Made by a program: the position numbers and the translations under genes | Assembly: GCA_050015395.1 (NCBI GenBank) | Contig: JBEKBM010000007.1 | Span: forward strand, 33,796-97,795 | Reading direction: 5' to 3' | DNA: 64,000 nt | Source: Candidatus Bathyarchaeia archaeon | GTDB taxonomy: Archaea > Thermoproteota > Bathyarchaeia > Bathyarchaeales > Bathycorpusculaceae | Shown here: one piece after another, positions 38,223 to 48,792 of the stretch | How the letters are laid out: each line of letters starts with the position of its first letter | How positions within the stretch are numbered: position 1 is the stretch's first letter | The notes under the pieces: generated by a model | What the model was told of the DNA's origin: nothing | Seen by the model: only the letters and a program-made list of their open reading frames with translations | The model's database searches: none

Positions 38223-38580
38223 AGGACAAGCGAGAAAAAGATTAAAATTTAATCCCAAAAATATGAGAATGACTTTTTCGCTTCATAGCAAGCAATTTAT
38301 ATGAAGCAACTTTGCTATTTTATTTGGCGCAAGAGGGATGAACAGATGTTGTTTCTTCTGAGACAGCGTTTTTGTTCCACTCAATCTCTTGTGTGCCTCT
38401 GCTCTTGTTTTCTACTTAAACAAACAAATGCAAACTGATGTTTTTCGTCAATTTATAAAAGATTACAGTTTTTTCACTTTCAGTCACCCCTCTACTAATT
38501 GAATATGTCATTTCTGCGATGGTTTATTAGGCGTAAACAGCCCATTCTGCAATTCTCAGTATGTTGAAAAAGCATCAATT

Positions 38581-38676
38581 CATGTTGAAAGTGCGGGACG
38601 TTGAGTCTATGTTGAACTATGTTGAATCATATTTGAAGCATATTAGAAGCATCTAGTAGACTAGGAGGGTAGGCTG
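38581..38676 (+). repeat. Dispersed ~95-bp repeat, copy 2
   Basis: Matches 2071-2164. Confidence 0.85.
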
Positions 38677-38755
38677 AGCACACACAAATAGCCTAAGACA
38701 AAAGCCCAAGACTTGTCGCTATTTTTATAAGTTCAACGTTCGAAGTAAATGATGT

Positions 38756-39541
38756 ATGCAAGCAGAAATTGGAATAATCGGCGGAACAGGTCTTTACGAC
38801 CCTAGACTACTCAAGAACGTTGAAGAAGTCACTGTGGAAACTCCGTACGGTAAGCCTTCAGATTCTATAACTGTTGGTGAGTTGGCGGGTAAATGTGTGG
38901 CTTTTCTGCCAAGACACGGGAAAAAACACACTATTAGGCCAACGGACATTAATGTTAGGGCGAATATTTTTGCTTTGAAGAAGCTTGGAGTCAAACGTAT
39001 TCTTGCGCCTTCAACTGTTGGCTCTCTAAGGGAAGAGTATCATCCAGGCGAAATCGTCTTTTGTGACCAGTTCATCGACCGAACCACCCGGCGAGAACAA
39101 TCATTCTACACCGAGAATAAAGTATGCCACATATCTGTTGCTGAACCAATGTGCCCAGAGCTAAGGCAAAACCTGATTGCTGTTGCAAAAAACATGGGCA
39201 TAAAAATGCATGAAACAGGAACTTACGTGTGCATTGAAGGACCGCGCTTTTCCACTAAAGCAGAATCCAAAATGTATCGACAATGGGGCGCAGACGTGGT
39301 TGGAATGACGCTGGTTCCTGAATGCGTTTTGGCAAGAGAAGCAGAAATATGCTATGCTTCTATATCAACCGTAACAGATTATGACGTGTGGAAGGACCAT
39401 CCAGTCTGCGTTGATGACATAGTTAAGATAATGAAGACAAATATTGAAAACGTAAAACGGATAATCGCTGAAACTGTTGCCAAACTGCCAAATGAATGCG
39501 CCTGCAAATGCAACGAAGCCTTGAAAGGAGCGTTCGTTTAA
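38756..39541 (+). CDS. mtnP: S-methyl-5'-thioadenosine phosphorylase
   Basis: GIIGGTG, PRHG, EGPRFSTKAE, GMT, VTDYD. Confidence 0.95.
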   Translation: MQAEIGIIGGTGLYDPRLLKNVEEVTVETPYGKPSDSITVGELAGKCVAFLPRHGKKHTIRPTDINVRANIFALKKLGVKRILAPSTVGSLREEYHPGEIVFCDQFIDRTTRREQSFYTENKVCHISVAEPMCPELRQNLIAVAKNMGIKMHETGTYVCIEGPRFSTKAESKMYRQWGADVVGMTLVPECVLAREAEICYASISTVTDYDVWKDHPVCVDDIVKIMKTNIENVKRIIAETVAKLPNECACKCNEALKGAFV

Positions 39542-39555
39542 AGGAGAAACAAAAA

Positions 39556-40101
39556 ATGAGCAAGAAAACCGCTGAATTGGATCTTAAATCAAAAGTTCGA
39601 AGAATACCCGAGTTTAAAGGCGTGGTTTTCTGGGATATTACCACACTTTTGAAAGACAAGAATTGCCTCCACCAATCCATTAAACAATTAGCGGACCATT
39701 ACAGGGGAAAACCCATTGATGCGGTTGTTTCAAACGAAGCCAGAGGTTTCATCATTGGCGCTGCTGTAGCTTACGAATTAGGGGTCGGTTTTGTTCCTAT
39801 ACGGAAGAAGGGCAAGCTGCCTTTCAAATGCGTTGACCTTACATACAAGAAAGAATACGAGTATGACACTATCGAAATTCATGAAGACGCAATCGAAAAG
39901 GGCCAGAACATTTTGCTAATTGACGATTTGCTGGCAACCGGCGGAACTGTGAAAGCAAATATTGAATTGGTCGAAAAGTTAGGCGGCAAAGTAGTAGGCT
40001 TAGGCTTTTTGATTGAGTTATACTATTTAGATGGCCGAAAAATGATAGGCAACAAATACGATGTGTACTCACTTATTCAATTAAAAACTACAAACGGATA
40101 A
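39556..40101 (+). CDS. apt: Adenine phosphoribosyltransferase
   Basis: EARGF, RKKGKLP, LIDDLLATGGT. Confidence 0.93.
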   Translation: MSKKTAELDLKSKVRRIPEFKGVVFWDITTLLKDKNCLHQSIKQLADHYRGKPIDAVVSNEARGFIIGAAVAYELGVGFVPIRKKGKLPFKCVDLTYKKEYEYDTIEIHEDAIEKGQNILLIDDLLATGGTVKANIELVEKLGGKVVGLGFLIELYYLDGRKMIGNKYDVYSLIQLKTTNG

Positions 40102-40363
40102 AAACTTAGTTTTCGGGCTTGGCTTTTAAGAAGGTACAGGTTAAGCCTCCATTCTTTTCCTTTTAGGAAGGCGATTAAAATTATTGCGAATGGGCGCGGT
40201 TTGCTTTCTTTGTGCCTTCTGAGGAAAAAGGTGGTTTTCGCCAAGCCCCAGCTTCTTTCAGCTGCATGTTCCCATGGTGCTGACGATTTTATATTGATTT
40301 GTTGGTGGCGCTAGACAGCAACACAGGTTTAATAGTTGCGCTTCGAGGGGTTAAAGTATTTAT

Positions 40364-40678
40364 GTGTGGTGGAATTGTTTGGAAAATGTTTTCGCTGATT
40401 TAAGTGCCCAAATAAGCGCTGTCTGTTCTGAAGGGGAGAAAGAGAAGCCTAAAAGGAATGCTTTCGTTTTTATAACTGCTGAGCCTGATTCAGGCAAAAG
40501 TGCATTTGAAGATTTGAAAAAGGTTGAAGGCGTGACCGAAGTTTATCTTTCTCATGGCGCTTATGATTTTGTTGTAAAAGTTAGCGGTGAATCCTTGGAT
40601 CATCTTCGGGAGATCGTGTTTAAGCGGATAAAGAATTTGGGCAGCATTAAGTCAACTTTGACTTTAATGGTAATTTAA
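40364..40678 (+). CDS. Lrp/AsnC ligand-binding-domain protein
   Basis: GAYDFVVKV...IKSTLTLMV. Confidence 0.85.
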   Translation: MWWNCLENVFADLSAQISAVCSEGEKEKPKRNAFVFITAEPDSGKSAFEDLKKVEGVTEVYLSHGAYDFVVKVSGESLDHLREIVFKRIKNLGSIKSTLTLMVI

Positions 40679-40708
40679 CTTCTCGCATAAGCATTGTAAA
40701 AGCAGTTT

Positions 40709-41089
40709 TCAGGCTTCCAACTCTAAGTGATGCTGCAGATTATAAACGAACTCAACAAAATTTAGTTCTCCTTTTTTTGGAGCGTAAGAGAAGTCTTTGT
40801 ATTTTGCGTGTAACCGCTCGATTATTTTTATTTCGATTAGTTTTGAAACTGGACCGAAAGTCTGTTCGATAGCGTTGGCGAAGCCTTCTATTTGGTTGGG
40901 AATGTCTTCTTTGTTTATGCCATACGCCTTTTTCAGAAGACGGTAAATGGCTTCTTTGGTGCTGTCTCCTAAAGCTGAAAGAATGACGTCTATTGCCTCT
41001 GATAGTTGTGTTTCAAAAACGGTTTCAGACGTTTGGTTCTCGATTAAAAACGATAATGGCGTACTTAAGACACTTTGCGGTTGTACCAA
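40709..41089 (-). CDS. DUF3227-like small protein
   Basis: AID..LSALG...AIY..L...IP..IEGF..AIE..FG pattern. Confidence 0.6.
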   Translation of the reverse strand: MVQPQSVLSTPLSFLIENQTSETVFETQLSEAIDVILSALGDSTKEAIYRLLKKAYGINKEDIPNQIEGFANAIEQTFGPVSKLIEIKIIERLHAKYKDFSYAPKKGELNFVEFVYNLQHHLELEA

Positions 41090-41694
41090 TTTATCAACTC
41101 GTACTTGTTGTTATATCCAGCTTAAATACGAGTGTATCGTAATGTTTAATATATAAACCTTGCCAGAACATTAAAAAAAGCAACAACTGTAAAACATTTG
41201 TTCAAGTGCTATACATGAGATTATGAATAAAGAACAAACTATGAATTAGTGTATTTTAATTTTCAGCCTTCTTGAGGAATAATCCTTTGGGGTGTTGTCT
41301 TGGCTTTTTTGATGCATTCGCTCAGGTGCTTCCAAAACATGTAGCGACTTCGCCACGGTTGACTATCACAATATGGACAAGTAAACGTTGGCTCTCTCAT
41401 CCATCCATCACCTTAGACTAAGAAAAATGTCTTATGCACGATATATGACTATGTGGCTGCAAAGAAACTACAACGAAAACATCAGAATCTTTTTAAGATA
41501 AAATTTTGCGCTCTCTTATGCTTCTTCAAATAAAAGATAGCTTTGCTGCATACTTGAACAATTGATTTATCAAGAACCCTTGAGGCAAGTAATGATACAA
41601 CAAAACCGACTAATCCAAGAAAAACCAGCAGCAAAAAATCTGTTACTTTAAAACACTGATTACCGAAAAAGTAAAAACGCCTGGTTGCTGCTTC

Positions 41695-42249
41695 CTATTG
41701 GGATAGAGTAGACTTTGCGGTTCGCAAATAAACTTGAAAATCGTTCTCAGAAAATAAAACGAAAACCGCTCTCTCAAGCTTGTCTTCTTTTTCCAAAAAA
41801 TCTTTGACAGTTCTTACAGCTATTTGGCTGGCATCTTCAATAGGGTAACTATATGCTCCAGTGCTAATTGATGGAAATGCGATTGTCTTAAGTCCTTTAG
41901 CAACTGCAAGCTTTAACGAGTTTTTGTATGCTTGTTTCAAAAGTTCCGCTTCAACATGGAATCCTCCGAGCCAAACAGGCCCAACCGTGTGAATGACATA
42001 TTTAGCTTTTAAGTTGCCGCCTGAAGTAATGACTGCTTTTCCAGTTGGAAGACCATCAGGCCATTCTGTTGCCCTTATGCGTTTACATTCTTCAAGAACC
42101 TTGGGTCCACCTTTACGATGTATTGCTCCATCGACTCCACCTCCGCCCATAAGCGATGAATTTGCCGCGTTCACAATCGCGTCTGCTTCGATATCTGTGA
42201 TGTCTCCTTTGATTAGTTGCAAGATTGCTTTTCCAACTTGAAATTCCAT
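41695..42249 (-). CDS. Macro domain O-acetyl-ADP-ribose deacetylase (YmdB-like)
   Basis: GDIT, AIVNAANSSLMGGGGVDGAIH, PSISTGAY. Confidence 0.93.
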   Translation of the reverse strand: MEFQVGKAILQLIKGDITDIEADAIVNAANSSLMGGGGVDGAIHRKGGPKVLEECKRIRATEWPDGLPTGKAVITSGGNLKAKYVIHTVGPVWLGGFHVEAELLKQAYKNSLKLAVAKGLKTIAFPSISTGAYSYPIEDASQIAVRTVKDFLEKEDKLERAVFVLFSENDFQVYLRTAKSTLSQ

Positions 42250-42271
42250 GAATATTACTCACTCTTAATTG

Positions 42272-42913
42272 CTATATAACTATACTAATCACTGACCATA
42301 AGGCTGAACCCATAAAATATGCTCCGAAAGCGACGAAAACTGCCACACAAAAAAGCGTAATTCCCGTTCCTGTGCGCTCAGTCCAAAACCGTTGCGATTT
42401 AAAAATCAGCACTGCCGTCATCGTGTAAAATGAAAAATCGCAGAGCCAATGAACCCCAGCAAACACCGAAAAACCAATTAATCCAAACAGTTTAGCATTT
42501 AAAATTAAAGCTGTACCAATAGTTAGCCACCATAAGATGAAACCAGCATTTGCAGCTGTGGTCCGGACTCCTGCAACTACTGAATCTTGCTTTAAGCTTA
42601 CAGGTGAATCTTTAGTTTTATGCCTATTCTTGAAAGTTTGGACGCCCATGAAAATCATCAGCAAGCCGCCGACCAATCCTACTAAAATCTGCACGAAACT
42701 TGGAATGCCGAACTGGCTTAGCACAAAAAAGATGAGAAACATCAATGGAAACTCCACTATTCCATGGCCAACTGCGATCAATGCGCCTGCAGTTTTGCTT
42801 TTCGCCGCTTTTTCAATCGTGACAGCAAATAGCGGTCCAGGCATTAAAACACCTGAAAGTGAAATTAAAGCAACCGAAGCAAAAAACAGGTACGGATCAG
42901 TAATAAAAGCCAT
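42272..42913 (-). CDS. LysE-family translocator
   Basis: SGVLMPGP, GHGIVE, WWLTIG. Confidence 0.85.
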   Translation of the reverse strand: MAFITDPYLFFASVALISLSGVLMPGPLFAVTIEKAAKSKTAGALIAVGHGIVEFPLMFLIFFVLSQFGIPSFVQILVGLVGGLLMIFMGVQTFKNRHKTKDSPVSLKQDSVVAGVRTTAANAGFILWWLTIGTALILNAKLFGLIGFSVFAGVHWLCDFSFYTMTAVLIFKSQRFWTERTGTGITLFCVAVFVAFGAYFMGSALWSVISIVI

Positions 42914-42937
42914 TGTTTTTCAAGTCACCATCATAAG

Positions 42938-43543
42938 CTACAGCTTCTTTCCGCCCGTTACAACCAAAATCCTTGACCATCGCCACCGCCGCTGCTGAAA
43001 CTCAACATTCAGCCCAGCTTGAGTAAACATTTCACGCGTCTTAACAGGATTGTTACGTTTAAAGTGGCGAATTACAAGCGATAAACCAAAGGGCATCATA
43101 ATATCCGCCAGCAAAAACCGCCCTTGCAGTCGCAAAACACGTGCAATTTCGCCTACACCATTAGCTTGATCGCTCCAATGATGAAAAGAAAGCGTGCTAA
43201 ACACAAGATCAACTGAAGCATCAGGTAAAGGCAAAGACTCAGCCATAGCAACATGAAATTCAGCGTCAGATAAAAGTTGAGTTGCCTGTTGTATCATTCC
43301 TTCCGCTGGATCAACACCAATCAACCGCGCATCAGGCCAATATTCCTTAGCTTTTCTAAGTAATCGCCCCGTTCCGCAACCAACATCAAGAATACTTTCG
43401 GGCTTTTTCCCGTTTTTAGCTAAATCTAAAACTATCCTCTGAACTCGATCAAAAATGTAGCCTTGCCTTCTTGAATTCTCGTAAGTTGCCGACCTTCGAT
43501 CAAAATCTTGAACATCAGCCTTTTTCTGATTAGTCTCCACCAA
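42938..43543 (-). CDS. Class I SAM-dependent methyltransferase
   Basis: ILDVGCGTG, LPLPDASVDLV, SFHHW. Confidence 0.9.
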   Translation of the reverse strand: MVETNQKKADVQDFDRRSATYENSRRQGYIFDRVQRIVLDLAKNGKKPESILDVGCGTGRLLRKAKEYWPDARLIGVDPAEGMIQQATQLLSDAEFHVAMAESLPLPDASVDLVFSTLSFHHWSDQANGVGEIARVLRLQGRFLLADIMMPFGLSLVIRHFKRNNPVKTREMFTQAGLNVEFQQRRWRWSRILVVTGGKKL

Positions 43544-43667
43544 TTTTTTCCTTCAAGCTTAATTTGTAGCACTACTTTGTAATTTATTCGTTTAAGTGTC
43601 CGTGGTTAATTAGCCTGTTTCAATTTAAAGCAGTTTCTGTATAAAAAAGCATCAACAAAACATGTTT

Positions 43668-44228
43668 TTAAGTGCATTTTTTGCCCTTCAGAAGCCTAGT
43701 CTGCATATCAACGATTTCGGCACTATCCCTCGCCAGTGCATAATTATCAAGCAATACGCCGTTCAACTCAAGAAAAGTGTGCCCCCACGTAAAAATAGAC
43801 AAAAGCTCCGTTGCCTTTTCCTTGAAACCAGCGATGTACAATGCGGCAGCAATAGCTTCAGCAGTAGTCAACTTTGTAAGTTTGCCAAAATTAACCGGGT
43901 TACCTGCAATTAAAATGGGCAAGCAGCGGCTGGTTCCCTTCACATGTCCCGATAAAACTTTCTGTGCATGTTCCCAACTGCAATCCAATGCGACCAAACC
44001 AAAATTTTCAACTCTCTGCCTGTCCGTAGGTGAAAACGCGATTTCAGAAAATGGATTCAGCACTATGGCGCGTTTTGGCAAAAACCGTGTCTTAGTAACT
44101 ATCCTAGCAAGTCCACGGCGTTTGAGCCTCAGTCCCGTGCATTTTTTGGGGTCACATTGCGCTGCATGGTAAATAGTGATCCTTGGAAAATTAATCGTTG
44201 ACGATTTTTGGTTAGGTTCATGTTCCAC
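43668..44228 (-). CDS. tsr3: 16S rRNA aminocarboxypropyltransferase
   Basis: QCDPKKCTG, DCSW, AGNPVNFG, WGHTFLELN. Confidence 0.93.
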   Translation of the reverse strand: MEHEPNQKSSTINFPRITIYHAAQCDPKKCTGLRLKRRGLARIVTKTRFLPKRAIVLNPFSEIAFSPTDRQRVENFGLVALDCSWEHAQKVLSGHVKGTSRCLPILIAGNPVNFGKLTKLTTAEAIAAALYIAGFKEKATELLSIFTWGHTFLELNGVLLDNYALARDSAEIVDMQTRLLKGKKCT

Positions 44229-45759
44229 TTGGTTTGCGCACCTTCAAGTGACTCATCGGGTCATCAAAAACCCGTGGAATCCAATCAATAATGTCCGTAG
44301 CGACCATGTGAAAACCAATTTCGCTTGCAACGAAATCGCCTGCAGCACCATTAACATAGGCACCGGCCACTGCTGCTTCAAACGGATCAACATGCTGAGC
44401 CATTAAACCGCCCACGATGCCGCTGAGAACATCGCCCGTTCCCCCAACAGTCATGCCGGGGTTGCCCGTGAAATTCAACTTAACCCTTTCAGCGTTGCAT
44501 ATAATGTCAACTTTGCCCTTTACAAGAACAACCGCGTTAAGTTTCTTTGCGGTTTTCTGTACTGCCAAGACGCGTTCTTCTTGGTTTTCAGGTAAAGTTT
44601 CGCCTGTAAGTATCGCGTATTCACCAGCGTGAGGTGTAAGAACCAGCGGCACTTTTAAGGGCCTTTTGAACTGGGCGAAGGCTTTTAATCCATCAGCATC
44701 CAAAAGCAGAGGTTTCCCAGCCTTCTCAACTTCTTCAACGCAGAACTTGACAAACTCTGCGGTTTCAGGGTTTAATCCTAAGCCTGGACCCATCGCAACC
44801 GCATCAACTATACTCAGGTAAGGCTTTAGTGTTTCCATGTTGCTTGGTTTCAAGTTGTTACCTCCAAGCTTTATCGTTATCAAGTCAGGAGACATTGAGG
44901 AAATCGCATAAGCCGTCTTTGCAGGAGCAGCAAGATAAACAATGTCCACGCCAGTTCTTAGAGCAGCCAGCGAAACCAGCGTGGGTGCACCAGAGAAGAC
45001 CTCGCTTCCACCAATAACTAGTAATCGCCCGGAATCGCCCTTATGGGCTGTTGGGCTCCGCGATTTTGTGGCAAGGTTAACATCGCCTGGACCAGCATAT
45101 TGTTCCACTTCATGTGGCAAGCCTATGTCTTTCACAACGAGTTCGCCGACGTAGTTTTTCGCTTTTTCTAAGCCTTTCTTTGTCCTATGGAATGTCACTG
45201 TTAGGTCGGCTTTTACAGCGATGCCTAAAACTTCGCCGGTGTCTGAATCTATGCCTGTTGGAACATCAACCGCTATTTTGAAAGCGTTCAAAGAATTAAT
45301 GTACTCGACTACTTGAGATGTTGGCGGCTTAATTTTTCCTTTGGTTCCAGTTCCCAGCAAAGCGTCAATGGCTACGTCAGCAGTCACTTTGGGTATGGCA
45401 GAACTGTCGGTTGCTTCAAGCATTGGAATTTTATCTTGCATTGATTGGAGAATGCACCAGTTTTTCAATGCAGCTTCATGGTTAATGTCGCGACTTTTGC
45501 CAACAAGGATGACTGTTACGCTGTAACCAGCGGCTAAAAGATGTCTAGCAGCTACAAAGCCGTCACCGCCGTTTCCGCCTAAACCGCAGAAAATAGCAAT
45601 TTTCTTCTCCTTTGGGAAGCGTGAAATGGTTTCTTGGGCTATGTTGCGTCCAGCGTTTTCCATTAGTTGAAGCAGACTTATGCCATAGTATTCCGCGTTG
45701 GTTTCTAAAGCACGCATTTCCCTGCTTGTTATGAAAGTATTTTTGTTTTTTGTTTGCAT
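44218..45759 (-). CDS. nnr: Bifunctional NAD(P)H-hydrate epimerase/dehydratase
   Basis: LMENAG, GNGGDG, DVPTG, HKG, TPHAGE, GGTGDVL. Confidence 0.95.
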   Translation of the reverse strand: MQTKNKNTFITSREMRALETNAEYYGISLLQLMENAGRNIAQETISRFPKEKKIAIFCGLGGNGGDGFVAARHLLAAGYSVTVILVGKSRDINHEAALKNWCILQSMQDKIPMLEATDSSAIPKVTADVAIDALLGTGTKGKIKPPTSQVVEYINSLNAFKIAVDVPTGIDSDTGEVLGIAVKADLTVTFHRTKKGLEKAKNYVGELVVKDIGLPHEVEQYAGPGDVNLATKSRSPTAHKGDSGRLLVIGGSEVFSGAPTLVSLAALRTGVDIVYLAAPAKTAYAISSMSPDLITIKLGGNNLKPSNMETLKPYLSIVDAVAMGPGLGLNPETAEFVKFCVEEVEKAGKPLLLDADGLKAFAQFKRPLKVPLVLTPHAGEYAILTGETLPENQEERVLAVQKTAKKLNAVVLVKGKVDIICNAERVKLNFTGNPGMTVGGTGDVLSGIVGGLMAQHVDPFEAAVAGAYVNGAAGDFVASEIGFHMVATDIIDWIPRVFDDPMSHLKVRKPSGT

Positions 45760-45894
45760 GCTTGATGCCTTGTTACTTTATTGTTACTAGTTAAAAGATA
45801 AGCCTATCTTTAAAGTGGTATACAAAAGCATCAACAAAACACATTAAAAATGCTCGGAATTTTCGGGTTAACAAACCGCTTTAGCTGAAGCACG

Positions 45895-46164
45895 TTACTT
45901 GTTTTTGGGTCGGTATCTTTTGCCCTTGTACTCTCTTGAAATTATCATGGTTGAAGTAACAAGTACATTTGGTACGGTTCTGACTTTTTGCGAAACGAAC
46001 TCTTCCAACTTATCCAAATTCTCAGTTGTTAATCGTGCTATCACATCGTATTCGCCGAAAACAATGTCTGCCTGCATAACCTCGTTAAATTCAATTACTT
46101 TTTGAGCAACCTCACGTTCGGTTCCTGAAGCAACCTTAAAAAGAACATAGGCTAAAACTGACAT
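45895..46164 (-). CDS. Lrp/AsnC ligand-binding-domain protein
   Basis: FGEYDVIA...VTSTMI. Confidence 0.88.
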   Translation of the reverse strand: MSVLAYVLFKVASGTEREVAQKVIEFNEVMQADIVFGEYDVIARLTTENLDKLEEFVSQKVRTVPNVLVTSTMIISREYKGKRYRPKNK

Positions 46165-46662
46165 GATTTCACCATTTCATTACACTCATAAAACCTTAAT
46201 TACTTTTCCATCGACTAAGTGATATCAGTAGATTCGCAGGTGCTTTTTGGCAAAAGGGTTTGTGGTTTTGTTTAAAAGTTAACCTTTGGATTTAGGTTTT
46301 CTATTGCTCTGGGTTTTCAAAAGGGCTCCTTTAATATCTGTGTGATCTCTACCTACCTGGTAGGTCACAAAATATATACGTTTTGCATATACGTTTGTAT
46401 ATACACTGGGCATGTGCCTAAAGCGTTTAAGCCTAGTGCGAGGTCTTGTAAGTAAGTGCTCTTATCCATTGAAAGAATCTCTTAATACTGGCAGGCTCTT
46501 GGGTGAATACTCCGCGTCATCGTTTCAGCAGGTTTCACGCCCAACTAAAGCTTACTTGCGGAACTACTAGATATTTCAAAAAGTTTATTCAATAGTATCT
46601 ACTTATTTTATGTTGAATTTGTCGATGATTTCTTAAAGGGAAAAAATGTTAATTTTAAAAAG

Positions 46663-47400
46663 GTGTCTTGTTTGAAACAAACCTATAACATAACGAGTAC
46701 TGATGCGCTTTTGATAACTGATATCCAAAAAGATTTTCTGCCCAGCGGTGCTCTGCCCGTTTCTGGCGGAGAAGAAATAATTCCTGTTTTAAATGGGTAT
46801 GCAAGGCGTTTTGAAGATGCTAAAGCGCATGTTTTTGCTTCTAGAGATTGGCATCCGCCGAATCATATTTCCTTTAAAGCGCAGGGTGGTCCATGGCCGC
46901 CTCACTGCGTTCAGGGGACGGATGGTGCAAAGTTTAGTCCTGACCTTAAACTGCCCGCGGGCATTGTGGTGATTTCTAAGGCTACGAATCCTGAACATGA
47001 AAGCTACTCGGTTTTTGACGGAACAAGCTTCGCTCATGAATTGCTGATGTGCAGTGTTAAACGCCTTTTTGTTGGTGGTTTAGCAACTGATTATTGTGTT
47101 GTAAACACGGTTCTTGATGCACGTAAACTTGGCTACGAGACAGTGCTGCTTATGGACGCAACGCTTGGGATCAACATGCAGCCTGGCGACGTGGACAGGG
47201 CGATTGAAGCAATGCTTAGGACTGGAGCTGAACAGGCTACAAATGATGATTTTCCAGACGCAGTTGACACCTTGCCCTTAGGGGAAGCTGCGCCTGATGC
47301 AATGGAAGAAAAGCCTTCAGAGAGGGCTGCTGTTAAGAAAAAAGCTCGAATGCGTCCTAGAGGGTCTGCTAAGAGGATTCGCACGGAGAATAAAAGCTGA
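46663..47400 (+). CDS. pncA: Nicotinamidase/pyrazinamidase
   Basis: DIQKDF, DWHP, WPPHCVQG, GLATDYCV. Confidence 0.92.
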   Translation: MSCLKQTYNITSTDALLITDIQKDFLPSGALPVSGGEEIIPVLNGYARRFEDAKAHVFASRDWHPPNHISFKAQGGPWPPHCVQGTDGAKFSPDLKLPAGIVVISKATNPEHESYSVFDGTSFAHELLMCSVKRLFVGGLATDYCVVNTVLDARKLGYETVLLMDATLGINMQPGDVDRAIEAMLRTGAEQATNDDFPDAVDTLPLGEAAPDAMEEKPSERAAVKKKARMRPRGSAKRIRTENKS

Positions 47401-47876
47401 ATTTTCTCGAAGTACGACGAAGCTTATATAATCATGCTCTTTTTTGCCTAAAAAAGCCAGATTGTTCTCCTGCAGCTTGATTGACAGGGGAAAATTGATG
47501 CCGACTTGGCTTTTTATTGTGCCGAAGTTTAGAAGCAGGCCTAATTAAGCTAAATTAGGCGGTTTTTCAAAGCATATTTTAGTATTTACATGCATTTGAT
47601 TGGCAATCGCCAGGCAGTTTTTAGCTATAAGTGCTCTTTGCCTGGGGTTAAGTGCGCAAGTGGGTTCTGGTGGTCAGCGAAATTTTTCCGAATGGTAACT
47701 TTTTACAATAAATAGTTAAAAAAGCGTATGCTGGCTTACGTGATTACCATTAAATCGTTAAAATACCATGTTGACTAGCATGTTTTCTATGATACGAGAA
47801 GCGAAAAGTAGAAACTTCGCAGAAATTTAGCGATTGCAGTAAAAAGAGATGCTGCCGCTTGATTCTTTAATTTTTT

Positions 47877-48302
47877 TTATTGCTCGCCCATGACTTGGAT
47901 TATTATGGTTCTTTTTCTCGGGTAAACGTCTGTTTCCACAAAAAGCAGCGACTGCCAGGTTCCAAACGTCACGTGCCCATCAACTATTGGCATGGTCTTG
48001 TCTGGCGGTAGAAGCATGGAACGCAAATGTGAGTGAGCGTTAGAGGGGTGCTGGTATGCCTTGTTTTTTGGCGCAAGTTCCTCAAGCAACGCTTTGATAT
48101 CGTTTAGTAATGCATAATCATTTTCTGTTAAAATCAGGACGCCTGTCGCGTGAGGAGCAAAAACGTGGACTACCCCATTTTTGATGCCTGAGAGCGAAAC
48201 CTCTTCCTGCACTTTGTCAGATAAATCAATGAAGTCTATTTCGCCCTTCGTAGTGAAGCTATAGCTTTTGTTTACAACTTTAAAGTTTGACATTACAAGC
48301 AT
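47877..48302 (-). CDS. yjbQ: YjbQ/UPF0047 family protein
   Basis: HATG, NAHSHL, GTWQ. Confidence 0.9.
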   Translation of the reverse strand: MLVMSNFKVVNKSYSFTTKGEIDFIDLSDKVQEEVSLSGIKNGVVHVFAPHATGVLILTENDYALLNDIKALLEELAPKNKAYQHPSNAHSHLRSMLLPPDKTMPIVDGHVTFGTWQSLLFVETDVYPRKRTIIIQVMGEQ

Positions 48303-48558
48303 CTTTCCTAATTGTTTTATCGCCTTGCATTACTGAAAAATGTTTCGAGAAGCAAGCAGAAAGTGTGTTTGGTTGATGCTTTTGTATACAGACACCTTTG
48401 AATTAGTACCTTGAATGACTTTAATCGCTAAATATTACTGGATTACCTGAGTGTTTTGTTGATTTGTTACTGTAACTAGACACTCACATATGCTTAAAAT
48501 TTTCTATGAGCCACTAATCATACAATGTATTTCTTGATTTTGAAGGTGACTTTTCAAA

Positions 48559-48792
48559 ATGACCCCCAGTAAAAAAAGGCAGAGAGCAAAAAGCTGCGCG
48601 GAGTTAATCGAAGATGTTGAGGAAAATGAGATGCCTGATCATGAAAAAGCAGACGCAGAAGTTACAGCCAATGGCAAGTATCGATGCCGATATTGTGGAA
48701 TGCTTTTTGAAACCTTAGAGGCGCATGACAAGCATTACCGCAAAGTGCACTGGCATTCACAAGCTTATCTGCACACAGTAAACCAATCATGA
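48559..48792 (+). CDS. C2H2 zinc-finger small protein
   Basis: CRYC...F...H...H. Confidence 0.7.
   Translation: MTPSKKRQRAKSCAELIEDVEENEMPDHEKADAEVTANGKYRCRYCGMLFETLEAHDKHYRKVHWHSQAYLHTVNQS

Noticed and set aside
38035-38229. 64-aa His/Cys-rich ORF
   Set aside because: Product of the dinucleotide-like tract.
46370-46460. GTGCCTAAAGCGTTTAAG resembling the start of the 7477 RHH-like pseudogene
   Set aside because: Similarity is too short and the frame stops after 13 codons.
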